Part shown: positions 17,138-26,529 of the stretch, in pieces
Layout of the letters: each line of letters starts with the position of its first letter
How positions within the stretch are numbered: the first letter of the stretch is position 1
Source of the DNA: a virus
Lineage: Duplodnaviria; Caudoviricetes
Length of the DNA: 27,517 bases
Reading direction: 5' to 3' (one strand)
Virus record (IMG/VR): IMGVR_UViG_3300042309_002730
Coordinates: 1-27,517 of that record
Program-made: the position numbers and the translations under genes
Notes under the pieces: generated by a model
Database searches by the model: none
Told to the model about the DNA's origin: nothing
Seen by the model: only the letters and a program-made list of their open reading frames with translations

Positions 17138-17487
17138 TGATGATTGACCTCTTGGATTTGAACGATGGTAAGTCCATCTTTGATGGGTTTCCGCTTTTCG
17201 ATCGACAGCCTTACGATCTGACAGTCGTCTCGGTATGCGCCTCCGTGTTGCAGAGCATCAAGGAGGCTTTTAAGACAGTTGTCTACGTCCCTGCGCCTCC
17301 GATCAGGAGGATGGACGACGACATCGACAACCAAAGGACCAACCAATGTCGTTACACCTTGCGACGCAAGAATAGTGCAAACAGCCGTTCGAAATGCTCG
17401 CCCCCGACGTGAGATGAGCGTCCTTGCTCCAACGTGCCGCCAATAGTTATTCACGCTTGGCGGATAGGGGAGGTGATACTTGACCAT
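17134..17487 (-). CDS. rusA: RusA family Holliday junction resolvase
   Basis: LPYPPSVNNYWR, PPDRRRRDVDN--K---DAL, DD-QI. Confidence 0.9.
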   Translation of the reverse strand: MVKYHLPYPPSVNNYWRHVGARTLISRRGRAFRTAVCTILASQGVTTLVGPLVVDVVVHPPDRRRRDVDNCLKSLLDALQHGGAYRDDCQIVRLSIEKRKPIKDGLTIVQIQEVNHQ

Positions 17488-17957
17488 CACGCTCGCTTCC
17501 AAGGAGCAGTAGCGTAGTTTGCAGGGGCACTCTGCACAGGGGGTGCGACGGGAGTCGGCACCTGGCGCTTCGCATATCCTTTGATCTCGTTTACCATGTC
17601 ACCGGTATCGATTCGCTTCTTGCATCGGACCTGGATCAGAAGCGGCAGGTTATGCAGCTCAGCCGAGTCCCTTGGATTGGTTACCCCCACAGCGCGACAA
17701 ATGGCAGACAGATCCGCACGTGCGATTTGCACCGCGACTGCATTGGGGTTGTCCAAGTTGAGCCTCGCCCAGACCAAACGGTTCTGGTACTCGCCTTCAA
17801 TGATTTGGAAGGTAAGTTGAAGTAAGCTTCCGGTGCCGGACTTCGTGGGCTTCATCTCGCTCTCGGTGATCACAGCGAGGTATTTCCCTGCTGGGATCGC
17901 TTCGAAGTCACCGGTGGGCTCCACACTGTTTGCATCAAAACCTGAAAGATCAGCCAT
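17487..17957 (-). CDS. DUF669 family protein (phage SSB-like)
   Basis: MADLSGFDAN...IPAGKY...GEYQNRLVW...NEIKGY; downstream of the Sak4-like ATPase; ATG 17957. Confidence 0.8.
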   Translation of the reverse strand: MADLSGFDANSVEPTGDFEAIPAGKYLAVITESEMKPTKSGTGSLLQLTFQIIEGEYQNRLVWARLNLDNPNAVAVQIARADLSAICRAVGVTNPRDSAELHNLPLLIQVRCKKRIDTGDMVNEIKGYAKRQVPTPVAPPVQSAPANYATAPWKRA

Positions 17958-18729
17958 TGGTTTGGGTTCCTTGTGATTGGGTGATTGCCTGAACAAAAGC
18001 CGCCCACGAGAGCGGCAACTCATCGACGATTCCATAACGGTTTTTGGCGACACAAGATGGGCCACCAACGCATCGCAAGATTCGCTCGCCACCACCTTTG
18101 CCGATGGCATGGGCGATGGTTCGCTTGCGATTAAAGCCGGCATCCTCGCTTTGCGTGCGGATCTTGCGCGTTGCAAACAAGACGGCATCGCACCATTCGC
18201 TAACGAGCGCTGCAGAGTGCTTGTGCAACCTTGGACTGTAGCGATCGTAGGGCGAGGACTCCGGATCCTCGAAGCGTTCGACCTTGCTGTGGGCAATCAG
18301 AAGAACGACCATCCCACGCTCGTTTCGAAGCGCATTTAGATGCTCGATGATCTCGCGCCACAGTGACAGCGCCAGGGTGTAACCCTTGCTGTAGCCTCCG
18401 GCGACTTGCTCGATCGACGTTGTGTTGTGCTCGGAGCACAATCGGTCAAAGACCAATCGTTCAAGCCAGTCCAGCGAGTCGATCACGACCGTCTCGTACT
18501 CGTGCGATTCTTGCCTCAGGTCTGCAAGGGCCGACAAGACATCCTCGTACTTGGTCGCTAGTGGAAACTTGTCCACATCGAGTTCATCTAATCCGTCTTC
18601 GCACTGGATAAACACAGGCCGCGGGGCCTGAGAAGCGAACGTCGACTTGCCAACCCCCTCGATCCCATAACAAAGGATCCGAGGGGGTTTGGCTGATCGA
18701 CCTCGCTGAAGTTTCGAAAGCATGCTCAC
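17950..18729 (-). CDS. AAA_24 / Sak4-like phage recombination ATPase
   Basis: YGIEGVGKST, VVIDSLDWLE, LIAH, EWCD and AKNR motifs. Confidence 0.88.
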   Translation of the reverse strand: MSMLSKLQRGRSAKPPRILCYGIEGVGKSTFASQAPRPVFIQCEDGLDELDVDKFPLATKYEDVLSALADLRQESHEYETVVIDSLDWLERLVFDRLCSEHNTTSIEQVAGGYSKGYTLALSLWREIIEHLNALRNERGMVVLLIAHSKVERFEDPESSPYDRYSPRLHKHSAALVSEWCDAVLFATRKIRTQSEDAGFNRKRTIAHAIGKGGGERILRCVGGPSCVAKNRYGIVDELPLSWAAFVQAITQSQGTQTNG

Positions 18730-19028
18730 GCTGCCACCTCACACATCTGACATGCACTGGTTGGAATGTTTACGATTCGGAAGGAAGATTCACCGAGTTC
18801 TCGCAAGAGAAGACCAGCGAAGATTCGAGCAACGGCTACCGAGACTTCGGTGTCGCCATTGATGTCAATAGAAGATTCAAAGCCGTGGAGCTCGTATCGA
18901 AACTCCATCGCTATGCGTGGTTGGCCGAAGAGACCTTCGGCAGCGAGCATGGCCAGATGCAAAGTCATCTCTGCATCTTCGATTGGCACATGCTCGCGAA
19001 AAGAAAATCGAAAAACACCGTCGAACAT
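18726..19028 (-). CDS. Hypothetical protein
   Basis: GGAGGT SD before ATG 19028; GTGA overlap with the ATPase gene. Confidence 0.75.
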   Translation of the reverse strand: MFDGVFRFSFREHVPIEDAEMTLHLAMLAAEGLFGQPRIAMEFRYELHGFESSIDINGDTEVSVAVARIFAGLLLRELGESSFRIVNIPTSACQMCEVAA

Positions 19029-19069
19029 AATCACCTCCGTAGATGTTGCAGAATCGCTTATCCCGAAGG

Positions 19070-19102
19070 TTACTTATGCTGGTCGAGTCGACAGGTGCGC
19101 GC
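19070..19102 (-). promoter_or_regulatory. Putative phage-sigma promoter, copy 2 (replication operon)
   Basis: Minus strand GCGCGCAC-N15-GCATAAGTAA. Confidence 0.7.
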
Positions 19103-19701
19103 TACTGGTGCCTCTGAGATAGTCCCGAGGAAGTAAATTGCTGGCGAATCGTTGCGATCGCCTCATCATATTTTCGACGAGACATCCCCAAACGCTCTCG
19201 CGCCTGACCGTGATTTAGGGTCATCAGCAGTCCGCAGATGGTTCGAAGTTCTGTCGGGAGTTTGCGCAAGACCTCGCTGAGCTGGGCCTTGAGTTCGACC
19301 AGATCCCAAGAGTCAATCTCTTCGGTTTGGCTAAGACGCCTTCCGTCCTCTTCGGTCAGCGTGGCCCAAAGCAGAGCTGGCTTGCCCTCTTTGTCGAGAA
19401 CTCTTTTCTCAAGCGATTCAATCTTGAGATCACCTTCACCGAGTCGCTTTTTGCCCTTGCGCTCACGGATGATCATCGCGACCTGTGAGTCGGCAACTCT
19501 CGCAATAAAAGTGTTGATAGATCCACGCGAAGGGTCGTATCGATGGATTTGCGATAAGATGCGGACCGCAAGCTCCTGCTCCAAATCCTTGGCCTCGGTT
19601 GCCAAGAATTCCGGACGGCGTACCAGCTGTCGCGCTTTGACTCGAATGAGCGTTTTCGCGTAATCGGAGAGGATCTCCGACTTGCCTTCGAACATTGCCA
19701 T
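19102..19701 (-). CDS. ECF-like sigma-70 family factor
   Basis: Region 2 (DLEQEL...RYDPSRGSINTFIARV) and region 4 (LRKLPTELR...ARERLGMSRR). Confidence 0.8.
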   Translation of the reverse strand: MAMFEGKSEILSDYAKTLIRVKARQLVRRPEFLATEAKDLEQELAVRILSQIHRYDPSRGSINTFIARVADSQVAMIIRERKGKKRLGEGDLKIESLEKRVLDKEGKPALLWATLTEEDGRRLSQTEEIDSWDLVELKAQLSEVLRKLPTELRTICGLLMTLNHGQARERLGMSRRKYDEAIATIRQQFTSSGLSQRHQ

Positions 19702-19837
19702 CTTTTACCTTGGTCGCAGGCAGTTCACCGCGGCCATGGGGGCTGAATCGGTCGCACCCCGCGACAACAAAGTTGCGGTTAAAAAGTGCGACGCTTGGCC
19801 CCGACCGGCGGGTTATGTCCTTGCGACGGGCAGGGGG

Positions 19838-19876
19838 CGCTACAACTCGTGTCGCATTGCTACAGACCGTGTAGCA
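19838..19876. promoter_or_regulatory. Tandem operator-like dyads
   Basis: CGCTACA-N5-TGTCGCA followed 1 bp later by TGCTACA-N5-TGTAGCA, in the divergent intergenic region. Confidence 0.55.
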
Positions 19877-20044
19877 CTTGGCCCAAGCCGGAAAAAAACC
19901 GGGAATATTTGGCCGTGAAAAATCTGCCGTAAAACGCTCTCAAACCGAATTAAGGGCCTGGAGGGTTTCTCTATTTGGATTTACTGGTGTCGATCCTGCC
20001 TTTGAGCCTCTTGGGTGATCGGAACAACAGATCCCCACTTCCGC

Positions 20045-20077
20045 GCGTGCATCGATCGGGCCGCATCGCATAGATAA
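20045..20077 (+). promoter_or_regulatory. Putative phage-sigma promoter, copy 3 (recombinase operon)
   Basis: GCGTGCAT-N15-GCATAGATAA. Confidence 0.65.
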
Positions 20078-20134
20078 CCCCAGGGCGGGGCATTTTCGCG
20101 TTTTGGGACTTTAGGAAACGGACTCTGTTTGCAC

Positions 20135-20362
20135 ATGGACACCCAAGTAGAGACTTCGGACGAATCGGCAAGGCACGTGATGGTGGTGAGGATCCTGGCC
20201 CAAGGGCTAAAGCGATACCTCAGGCAATCGAAGATCTCTTTGACTTCCGATGGAAATACCCCTCGGACATGCCTTGATTTAAGTCCCGAAAAACCCCTCT
20301 CTGTGTCTCAACACCAACCGCGCCAAAGCGTCGGCGACAAAGCGGTTTCGATACTTCCCTAA
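20135..20362 (+). CDS. Small hypothetical protein upstream of DUF2924
   Basis: 75 aa ORF between promoter copy 3 and the DUF2924 gene; weak SD. Confidence 0.45.
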   Translation: MDTQVETSDESARHVMVVRILAQGLKRYLRQSKISLTSDGNTPRTCLDLSPEKPLSVSQHQPRQSVGDKAVSILP

Positions 20363-20379
20363 CCCAGGAGAGAGATTGG

Positions 20380-20859
20380 ATGAATAGTGCACTTGCGGCT
20401 CAAATCCAGATCCTAGAGACGATGACCATCGGCCAGCTCGTGAAAAAATACGAGTCGGTCATCGAAGAAGAATGCCGAAGCAGAAACAAGCGGTATCTAA
20501 TCCGCCGAATCTCTTGGCGACTGCAAGCCAACCAAGAAGGAGGCCTTTCGCAGCGAGCAATCCAGCGCGCCGAAGAGCTCGCCAAAAATGCCCAAGTACG
20601 ACTTACCCCACCAAGGGGTGCGAAAGAGAAAATTCAAGAGACCCCTCTAAAGATCACTCAGCGAAGGGACGCAAGACTTCCACCCCCAGGATCCTTCCTT
20701 GAGCGAACGTACAAAGACAAGACACTCAGGGTTCTAGTCCTAGAGGACGGCTTCGAATACGAAGGTCAGCGATTCAAAACGCTCACGGCCATCGCTAACG
20801 CGATCACCGGATCGCATGTCAACGGATTCCAGTTCTTCCATCTTTGGAGCAAGAAGTGA
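20380..20859 (+). CDS. DUF2924 family protein
   Basis: RRISWRLQA---GGLS, PG--L-R-Y, GFEYEGQRFKTLTAIANAITGSHVNG-FF; adjacent to a serine recombinase. Confidence 0.88.
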   Translation: MNSALAAQIQILETMTIGQLVKKYESVIEEECRSRNKRYLIRRISWRLQANQEGGLSQRAIQRAEELAKNAQVRLTPPRGAKEKIQETPLKITQRRDARLPPPGSFLERTYKDKTLRVLVLEDGFEYEGQRFKTLTAIANAITGSHVNGFQFFHLWSKK

Positions 20860-22406
20860 GAAAACCGACCAAATCCGCTTCTCCAAAAATCCGCTGTGCG
20901 ATCTACACCAGAAAATCCTGTGAAGAGGGGTTGGAACTTGAGTTCAACTCTCTTGATGCGCAGCGGGAGTCGGCAGAAGCCTTTATCGTAAGCCAGCAAC
21001 ACGAAGGTTGGCAGTGTCTCCCAGATCGATACGACGATGGTGGATTCTCCGGAGGGAGTCTCGAGCGGCCGGCACTCAGTCGCCTCCTAGATGACATCAA
21101 AGAGGGAAAAATCGACTGCGTGGTGGTCTACAAGGTTGACCGCCTGAGTCGATCTCTTTTGGATTTTACCCGAATCATGGAGGTTTTCGACAAACAAAGC
21201 GTTTCGTTTGTTTCGGTCACCCAGCAGTTCAATACGACCCACTCGATGGGACGTCTGACGCTAAACATCCTACTGTCATTTGCCCAATTCGAACGCGAGA
21301 TCATCAGCGAACGGATCCGAGATAAGATCGCCGCCCAGCGTCGAAAGGGGAAATGGTACGGTGGGATCCCGGTGCTTGGATACGATGTGGATCGCAATAG
21401 CCCAAGCGCTAAACTCGTCGTCAACGAGCACGAGGCGATCCAGGTACGCAAGATCTTCTCGTTGTACTTGGAACTCGGGTCTCTTACCCCGGTGATCGAG
21501 GATTTGGAGTCTCGCGACTGGCGAACCAAGCTGTGGCGGACCAAGAAAGGACATCAGCGAGGTGGCAAACTCTTTGACAAAGGCGCACTGTATGCCTTGC
21601 TTACTAATCCACTCTACATTGGGTCGATCAAGCACAAGGCCGAGCGGTTCGAAGGGGAGCACCCCGCGATCATCGAAAAGAGGATCTTTGACGAGGTGCA
21701 ACGGCAGCTCAATAAGAATGGTCGTGGGAAGGGCAATCGGCTTATCAATAAGTATGGCGCTTTGCTCAAAGGCTTGGTGTATTGCAAAGCCTGCGGCTAT
21801 GCGATGGTTCACACCTTTACGAATCGCCAATCCAAACGCTATCGATACTACACCTGCTGCAAGGCGATCAAGCAAGGTTGGAAAAGCTGCCCGACCAAAT
21901 CCGTACCAGCCGGTGAACTCGAGAATGTCGTGGTCGAACAGATTCGAAGTATCGCCGAGGATCGCACCTTGATTGAGGACGTCTACGTCCAGGCTTGCTC
22001 CGAACACCGATCGGAACTAGAGCAACTCAAAGAGCAGTCCGAGCAACTTGAGAAACAGCTTTGTCGCGATCATTCGCAGATCACCCGTTTGGCGACCAAA
22101 CGCGGTCTGACCACCGCCACAACAAGTGCCATCGCCGATCTGCATGAGAGGATCGCAAGCAACGAGGATCAGCTAAGGGAGATTCGCGACAGGCAAGCAG
22201 AACTTGCTTCTCAGCAAATCTCCCACCAGGAGGTTCTCGACGCGTTTCGCGACTTTGGAAAAATCTGGAACGTCCTTAGTGCTTACGAACGGGCCAAGAT
22301 TGTTTCGCTTCTTGTCGCCAGAGTCGAGTTTGACGTTTCCGATAGTACAGTTTCTATTTCATTCCATCCTTCGTCCATCAAATCACTGGCCGAGGGAGCA
22401 GCATAA
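20856..22406 (+). CDS. Large serine recombinase (integrase)
   Basis: CAIYTRKS catalytic motif, DRLSRS, recombinase domain, Zn ribbon (CKACG...YYTC) and coiled coil; GTG start overlapping the DUF2924 stop. Confidence 0.93.
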   Translation: MRKPTKSASPKIRCAIYTRKSCEEGLELEFNSLDAQRESAEAFIVSQQHEGWQCLPDRYDDGGFSGGSLERPALSRLLDDIKEGKIDCVVVYKVDRLSRSLLDFTRIMEVFDKQSVSFVSVTQQFNTTHSMGRLTLNILLSFAQFEREIISERIRDKIAAQRRKGKWYGGIPVLGYDVDRNSPSAKLVVNEHEAIQVRKIFSLYLELGSLTPVIEDLESRDWRTKLWRTKKGHQRGGKLFDKGALYALLTNPLYIGSIKHKAERFEGEHPAIIEKRIFDEVQRQLNKNGRGKGNRLINKYGALLKGLVYCKACGYAMVHTFTNRQSKRYRYYTCCKAIKQGWKSCPTKSVPAGELENVVVEQIRSIAEDRTLIEDVYVQACSEHRSELEQLKEQSEQLEKQLCRDHSQITRLATKRGLTTATTSAIADLHERIASNEDQLREIRDRQAELASQQISHQEVLDAFRDFGKIWNVLSAYERAKIVSLLVARVEFDVSDSTVSISFHPSSIKSLAEGAA

Positions 22407-22414
22407 GGTGTCCT

Positions 22415-22822
22415 ATGATCACGATCTCGAAAAAGGTTGTCCTTGGCCGTGGGCCAAAAACGAATCGCACCATCAAGCCAGCCACTGACACGCCTGCGGC
22501 AGAGCCCAAGGGGAGAGTACCACGAATCTCTAGGCTGATGGCCCTGGCGATCAAGCTCGAACGGATGCTTCGTGCAGGCGAGGTTCCCGACGTTACCGAA
22601 CTTGCTCGAATCACCCACGTGACTCAGCCACGGATGTCCCAAATCCTAAATCTGGCGATGTTGGCCCCCGACATCCAAGAGGCGATTTTGTTCCTGCCAG
22701 ACATCGCAAAAGGAAAACAACCGATCCACGAAAAGCTCCTACGCCCACTTTCGAGCATCGACGACTGGGAGCAGCAGCGGAAGCTCTGGAACCAGATCGT
22801 CTTGAAATCCGGGATTCTATAA
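22415..22822 (+). CDS. Recombinase-associated HTH protein
   Basis: ELARITHVTQPRMSQILNLAMLAPDIQEAIL...WEQQR, a pattern seen next to or fused to DUF2924-linked recombinases. Confidence 0.75.
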   Translation: MITISKKVVLGRGPKTNRTIKPATDTPAAEPKGRVPRISRLMALAIKLERMLRAGEVPDVTELARITHVTQPRMSQILNLAMLAPDIQEAILFLPDIAKGKQPIHEKLLRPLSSIDDWEQQRKLWNQIVLKSGIL

Positions 22823-23568
22823 ATCTCGAAGCCGGCCGACGCAAAAAACACCGATCGCCACCGGACCGCAGGAAACCGAAAAAACCCTGTATTGCGGAAT
22901 TTTGTCTGCGACTGGTGCGGCATCCGCGCGGCATTTTTTCTACTCGAATGCCGCTTGGAAATGCCGCTCGAAAAATCGCTCAAGAATTTTTCGTTAGGAC
23001 ATATCTTGAAAAGTTGTCAGAATCCGTTTGTATCGCGTCGCTCGTAGAAAACGTGTTGAGCGAATTCCCCTGTTTTTGCAGGGGATTGCTTGATTTCACC
23101 ACCCCCCAGCGGGGGGTTATTCGTCGGCGCTTTTATGCCCCATTTCAGTCGCTTGACCATTCCGATTACGAAAGATAGCATGGCTGGGGTAATGATCGCA
23201 GGATGCGATTTTCGCCATTACGAAGTTGGTTTTGCGAACGCACGCCCGGGACGATCTCGGAAGCCTTCGCATAGGTTTTTAGCGAGTAGCTTTAAGGAGT
23301 CTCCCATGGCGTCGATCCTACAGCGGCATATCATCAGCTTGGCACGTTTGCAATCGTACAAACGCAGACGCTCTTTTTCCGAAAACAGTAGCGATCGTCC
23401 ATCTTCTAAGCCCCTATTTATGCACTCGCATGCTTTCGTGTCTGGTCAGGCATCAAACGGGCGAACCACGAGGTTTTGACCAGGTTGGTCTGAATCAAGA
23501 ACAAAATCGAAGATGTTATTTTCGCTAATTGAAACCCATAGGTGGAACGGTAATCGGAGAGTAGGAAA

Positions 23569-24624
23569 ATGGTTGGTCAAGCGCAGAATGTTGGGATAAG
23601 TTTGTTTACCGAGGAAGAAAGGAAGCTGATCATTTCGGATTTGGTCGCACTGAAGAAAGAGCAGATCGCTGACTTTTTGGAATCTGTTGGGCAGAAAAAG
23701 AATGGAACCAAAGAGGTAATCCGAACCCGGATCGAAAATGCTGTCGAGGACGGATCGATTTCGATCGACAAGATCGTTCGCTTCGTCGATGACGTCATCC
23801 CCTGGGGAAAGCAGCATGTGTACATGTTTCGAGGTCCACGGTCACCGATTGCCACTTGGCGTGACGAGACATGGATTTTCAATCGGCTCAAGAAGCTTGG
23901 CATGCAAAAGTGTCTCAATAAAGACCTGCCCCTGATTCTTCCAGAGACGATGGAAGTCTCATCGATCTGGCATAACCCAAGACGTCTTCGGATCACGGCA
24001 ATCAAGAAGCGTGATTGGTACGAGAGGAACGAAAAGTACGATTCCAAAATGAAATCCGCTGAGGGCAAAAATGTGGAGCTCAGGGGCTACGAACACGAAA
24101 TCGTTCGAAGTTTAGTTGCCTTCGAGTGGGACCTTGTCCTCAACGAAGCGACCCTGCAGATCGCTCAACTTCCCCATGGTACGGAGTACACGACCGTTGC
24201 CGACGAGTTCTTTGATTTGACCCAGGAATGGCTCGATCGCTCCTTATTTACGGAAATGGATCTGCGAAAGCCGATCGAAAAGCTTCATGAACTTGAAGAG
24301 AGCGGACTTGGCGAAACTAGATCCCATACGATCAACTATCGGACGCTGCAGGGCAGGCGAATCGAAGCCAAGAGCGCTTCGATGGACGATCCGCTCCTTG
24401 GTGAACAACCGATGGACAGTCTATTGCGAGCCGTCAGAAAAAACGGGGTCGGCCAAATCGGTAATTTCTACTGGATACCAACAGCCAACAACCATCGAAA
24501 CCCATTGAGGTCGGATGTCCATGTGATTGTGGTTGCTCCGCAGAATCGAATCAATTTCCCCACTCCCAATGACGAACCATCGGTGCGGTATGTTCTTTCA
24601 AGAATCCGAAGCCATTGCAACTGA
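23569..24624 (+). CDS. Hypothetical protein with an N-terminal SAP-like motif
   Basis: 351 aa, AGGA SD; LVALKKEQIADFLESVGQKKNGTKEVIRTRI fits SAP spacing. Confidence 0.75.
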   Translation: MVGQAQNVGISLFTEEERKLIISDLVALKKEQIADFLESVGQKKNGTKEVIRTRIENAVEDGSISIDKIVRFVDDVIPWGKQHVYMFRGPRSPIATWRDETWIFNRLKKLGMQKCLNKDLPLILPETMEVSSIWHNPRRLRITAIKKRDWYERNEKYDSKMKSAEGKNVELRGYEHEIVRSLVAFEWDLVLNEATLQIAQLPHGTEYTTVADEFFDLTQEWLDRSLFTEMDLRKPIEKLHELEESGLGETRSHTINYRTLQGRRIEAKSASMDDPLLGEQPMDSLLRAVRKNGVGQIGNFYWIPTANNHRNPLRSDVHVIVVAPQNRINFPTPNDEPSVRYVLSRIRSHCN

Positions 24625-25558
24625 TAGTCTTGATCTGCGCAAAACCGTAGAGCAAGTCGACCACCTTCTAGCGACGATCTTCAACAGCGCCCCACTTAGG
24701 CCCGAGGATTTCGCCTGGAAGCTGGGTCTGGATGTAAACCAAGTGATCGTGGTTTTCGAGATACTCACTAGCTGTGGTGTGCTCCGAGCTGAATCGGTAG
24801 TCGAATGCCGTGAATGCCAAAACCTTGTTTTGGTATCTCCGCTCGAGCAAGACGATGCACAGGAGTGTGGGTTTGAGTGCCCTGGATGCGGATGCTCTGT
24901 AGAGCGATCCGCTCCGGTGGTCACTGTCTATCGACTGACCGCAGAAACGCTAGCTCGTCCGAAACCATCGGTCGCGACACTAAATGTCGAGTCGGCACTT
25001 CGAGAATTTGACCAATATCCAAACGTTTTTCGTCGGCTCGGCCAGTATTGGGTCATCAAGTACGATTCGGAGATGGTTATTCTGAACTCCTCGGGCGGTT
25101 TGTCTTACCTTGCACGATTACTGGTCGATCCGGGACGAAAAATCCCCGCTGCGTTTTTATTGGCGGCGGAAATGGGAATCGATCCAAGAATCCCGGTTGG
25201 CAGCTCGGGGCCAGTATTGGATGACCAAGCCCTGGCTGCCTATCAGAAAATCTACCTTGAAATCACCCATGATTTGGAGGAAGCAAAGAGAGACCACGAT
25301 CACGCACGGATTGCAGAACTGGAGGCACAAATGGAAACGTTCTCTGCCCAGATCGAAAGTGCAACCGGACTTGGTAAAAGGAAACGAGAGAACTCAGATC
25401 CAGAGCGGGTTCGCAAAAACGTCTCCAACGCCGTCACCAGAGCAATCGATGCCGTCGCCGTCGAGCACGTGCGGCTTGGCAAGCATCTTCGAAACTCGAT
25501 CACCTCCGGCTCCGTTTTCAGTTACGATCCCGAGCGAGATCCGCAGTGGATAGTTTGA
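24590..25558 (+). CDS. wHTH + Zn-ribbon protein with a C-terminal regulator-associated domain (start uncertain)
   Basis: Helical N-terminus, CREC...CPGC, then FRR-G-YW...GL-YLA-LL--PG...GLG-R-R...ER-RKNV--A...LGKHL--SI-SG--FSY-P; overlaps the upstream stop. Confidence 0.75.
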   Translation: MFFQESEAIATDSLDLRKTVEQVDHLLATIFNSAPLRPEDFAWKLGLDVNQVIVVFEILTSCGVLRAESVVECRECQNLVLVSPLEQDDAQECGFECPGCGCSVERSAPVVTVYRLTAETLARPKPSVATLNVESALREFDQYPNVFRRLGQYWVIKYDSEMVILNSSGGLSYLARLLVDPGRKIPAAFLLAAEMGIDPRIPVGSSGPVLDDQALAAYQKIYLEITHDLEEAKRDHDHARIAELEAQMETFSAQIESATGLGKRKRENSDPERVRKNVSNAVTRAIDAVAVEHVRLGKHLRNSITSGSVFSYDPERDPQWIV

Positions 25559-25874
25559 TTTATATTTGAAAACCGCTTTTTGAGTCAGATCATAGATTTA
25601 ACTCGAAAAGAGAACGTAGAGCGGAAAAAAGGATAAAGCAGGCTCCGGTGATTCCATACGGGGAAACAATGTGAATGGACTAAATCAGCTAATCGCTTTT
25701 TGAAACAATGGCGTGCCAGCTAGCATCCGGTAAGATCTCGATTCAATGGCTGTCACCAAGAGAGTTACGCGGCAATGCTGAAATCCACATGAAAGCTCGA
25801 GATTCATACAGCGAAAGTTTGTTCGACAAAAACGTGCTTCCTATTGGCAACTCATCAGCTTACGAAAGGCAAAA

Positions 25875-26234
25875 ATGAACAGAAAAGACTTTGATTGGGA
25901 TGATTATCTAGCGCAGGCTTCATACCGAGAGGTTGTTGACCTGTCGCCAGCGCTTTCAATTGATAAGCCACCCACAATGTATTCGCCCGATCACTCGCTG
26001 CTCTATCTCTCTTCGCAAGATCTTGACGTGCTTACCGACGATGTGTCCCAACTCCAGCAACTTCTAAAGTTGGTTCTTGAAACGTACCGCTATTCGCAAG
26101 AACCTGGATTCGAGAAAAAACGACTCGCCGCAATTACCGACTGCTACGAAATCTGTGGACTGCTTGTGCAGTGCGGCGTGGATTCAGATGAATACCTAAA
26201 TCCAGATTTATTGCTGAACTCCAAAGATTTGTAG
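25875..26234 (+). CDS. Hypothetical protein
   Basis: 119 aa, AAGG SD, no recognised motif. Confidence 0.55.
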   Translation: MNRKDFDWDDYLAQASYREVVDLSPALSIDKPPTMYSPDHSLLYLSSQDLDVLTDDVSQLQQLLKLVLETYRYSQEPGFEKKRLAAITDCYEICGLLVQCGVDSDEYLNPDLLLNSKDL

Positions 26235-26270
26235 TAAGCAGTGAGTCCAATTAAATGGGGAATCGTGCAT

Positions 26271-26447
26271 TTATCTGAGCACCATTCCCCCACGACCTAA
26301 TGACTCTCCATCCTTCGCCACGCCGGCCGCCTTAGCAAAATCATCCTCGGTGACCAGCAGGTAACTCTGCTTTGCGATGCGTGGTGAGTTGCCAATCCAA
26401 GAGCAGACCACGTGCAGCGGGAACTCGCGTTGCAGTTCTGTTTTCGA
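26271..26447 (-). pseudogene. Tyrosine recombinase C-terminal remnant
   Basis: TELQREFPLHVVCSWIGNSPRIAKQSYL resembles the final catalytic box (xLGH/N...Y); the rest of the gene is absent. Confidence 0.7.
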
Positions 26448-26529
26448 GAGCAAGGTTGCAACCTGCGGTCTACGGCATCTACGGTCGCTGCTCCGCGCTC
26501 CCTTCGTGCCTACGACCGCTCGCTCCGCT

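Larger units (their letters stand above)
1..22970. mobile_element. Integrated lambda-like prophage (right-hand part: head, packaging, replication and integration modules); left end outside the window, right end approximate
   Basis: Contiguous capsid/portal/terminase, primase/helicase/RusA/Sak4 and serine recombinase genes in phage-like order. Gene content changes abruptly after about 22.9 kb. Confidence 0.9.

Noticed and set aside
17958-18296. N-terminal extension of the 269-aa DUF669 ORF
   Set aside because: It overlaps the Sak4-like gene out of frame; the recognisable protein starts at ATG 17957.
21276-22007. 243-aa minus-strand ORF
   Set aside because: In-register antisense shadow contained within the recombinase gene.
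22915-23479. Short ORFs between the recombinase module and the SAP-like gene
   Set aside because: No convincing SD or motifs; the region is rich in dyads and looks non-coding.
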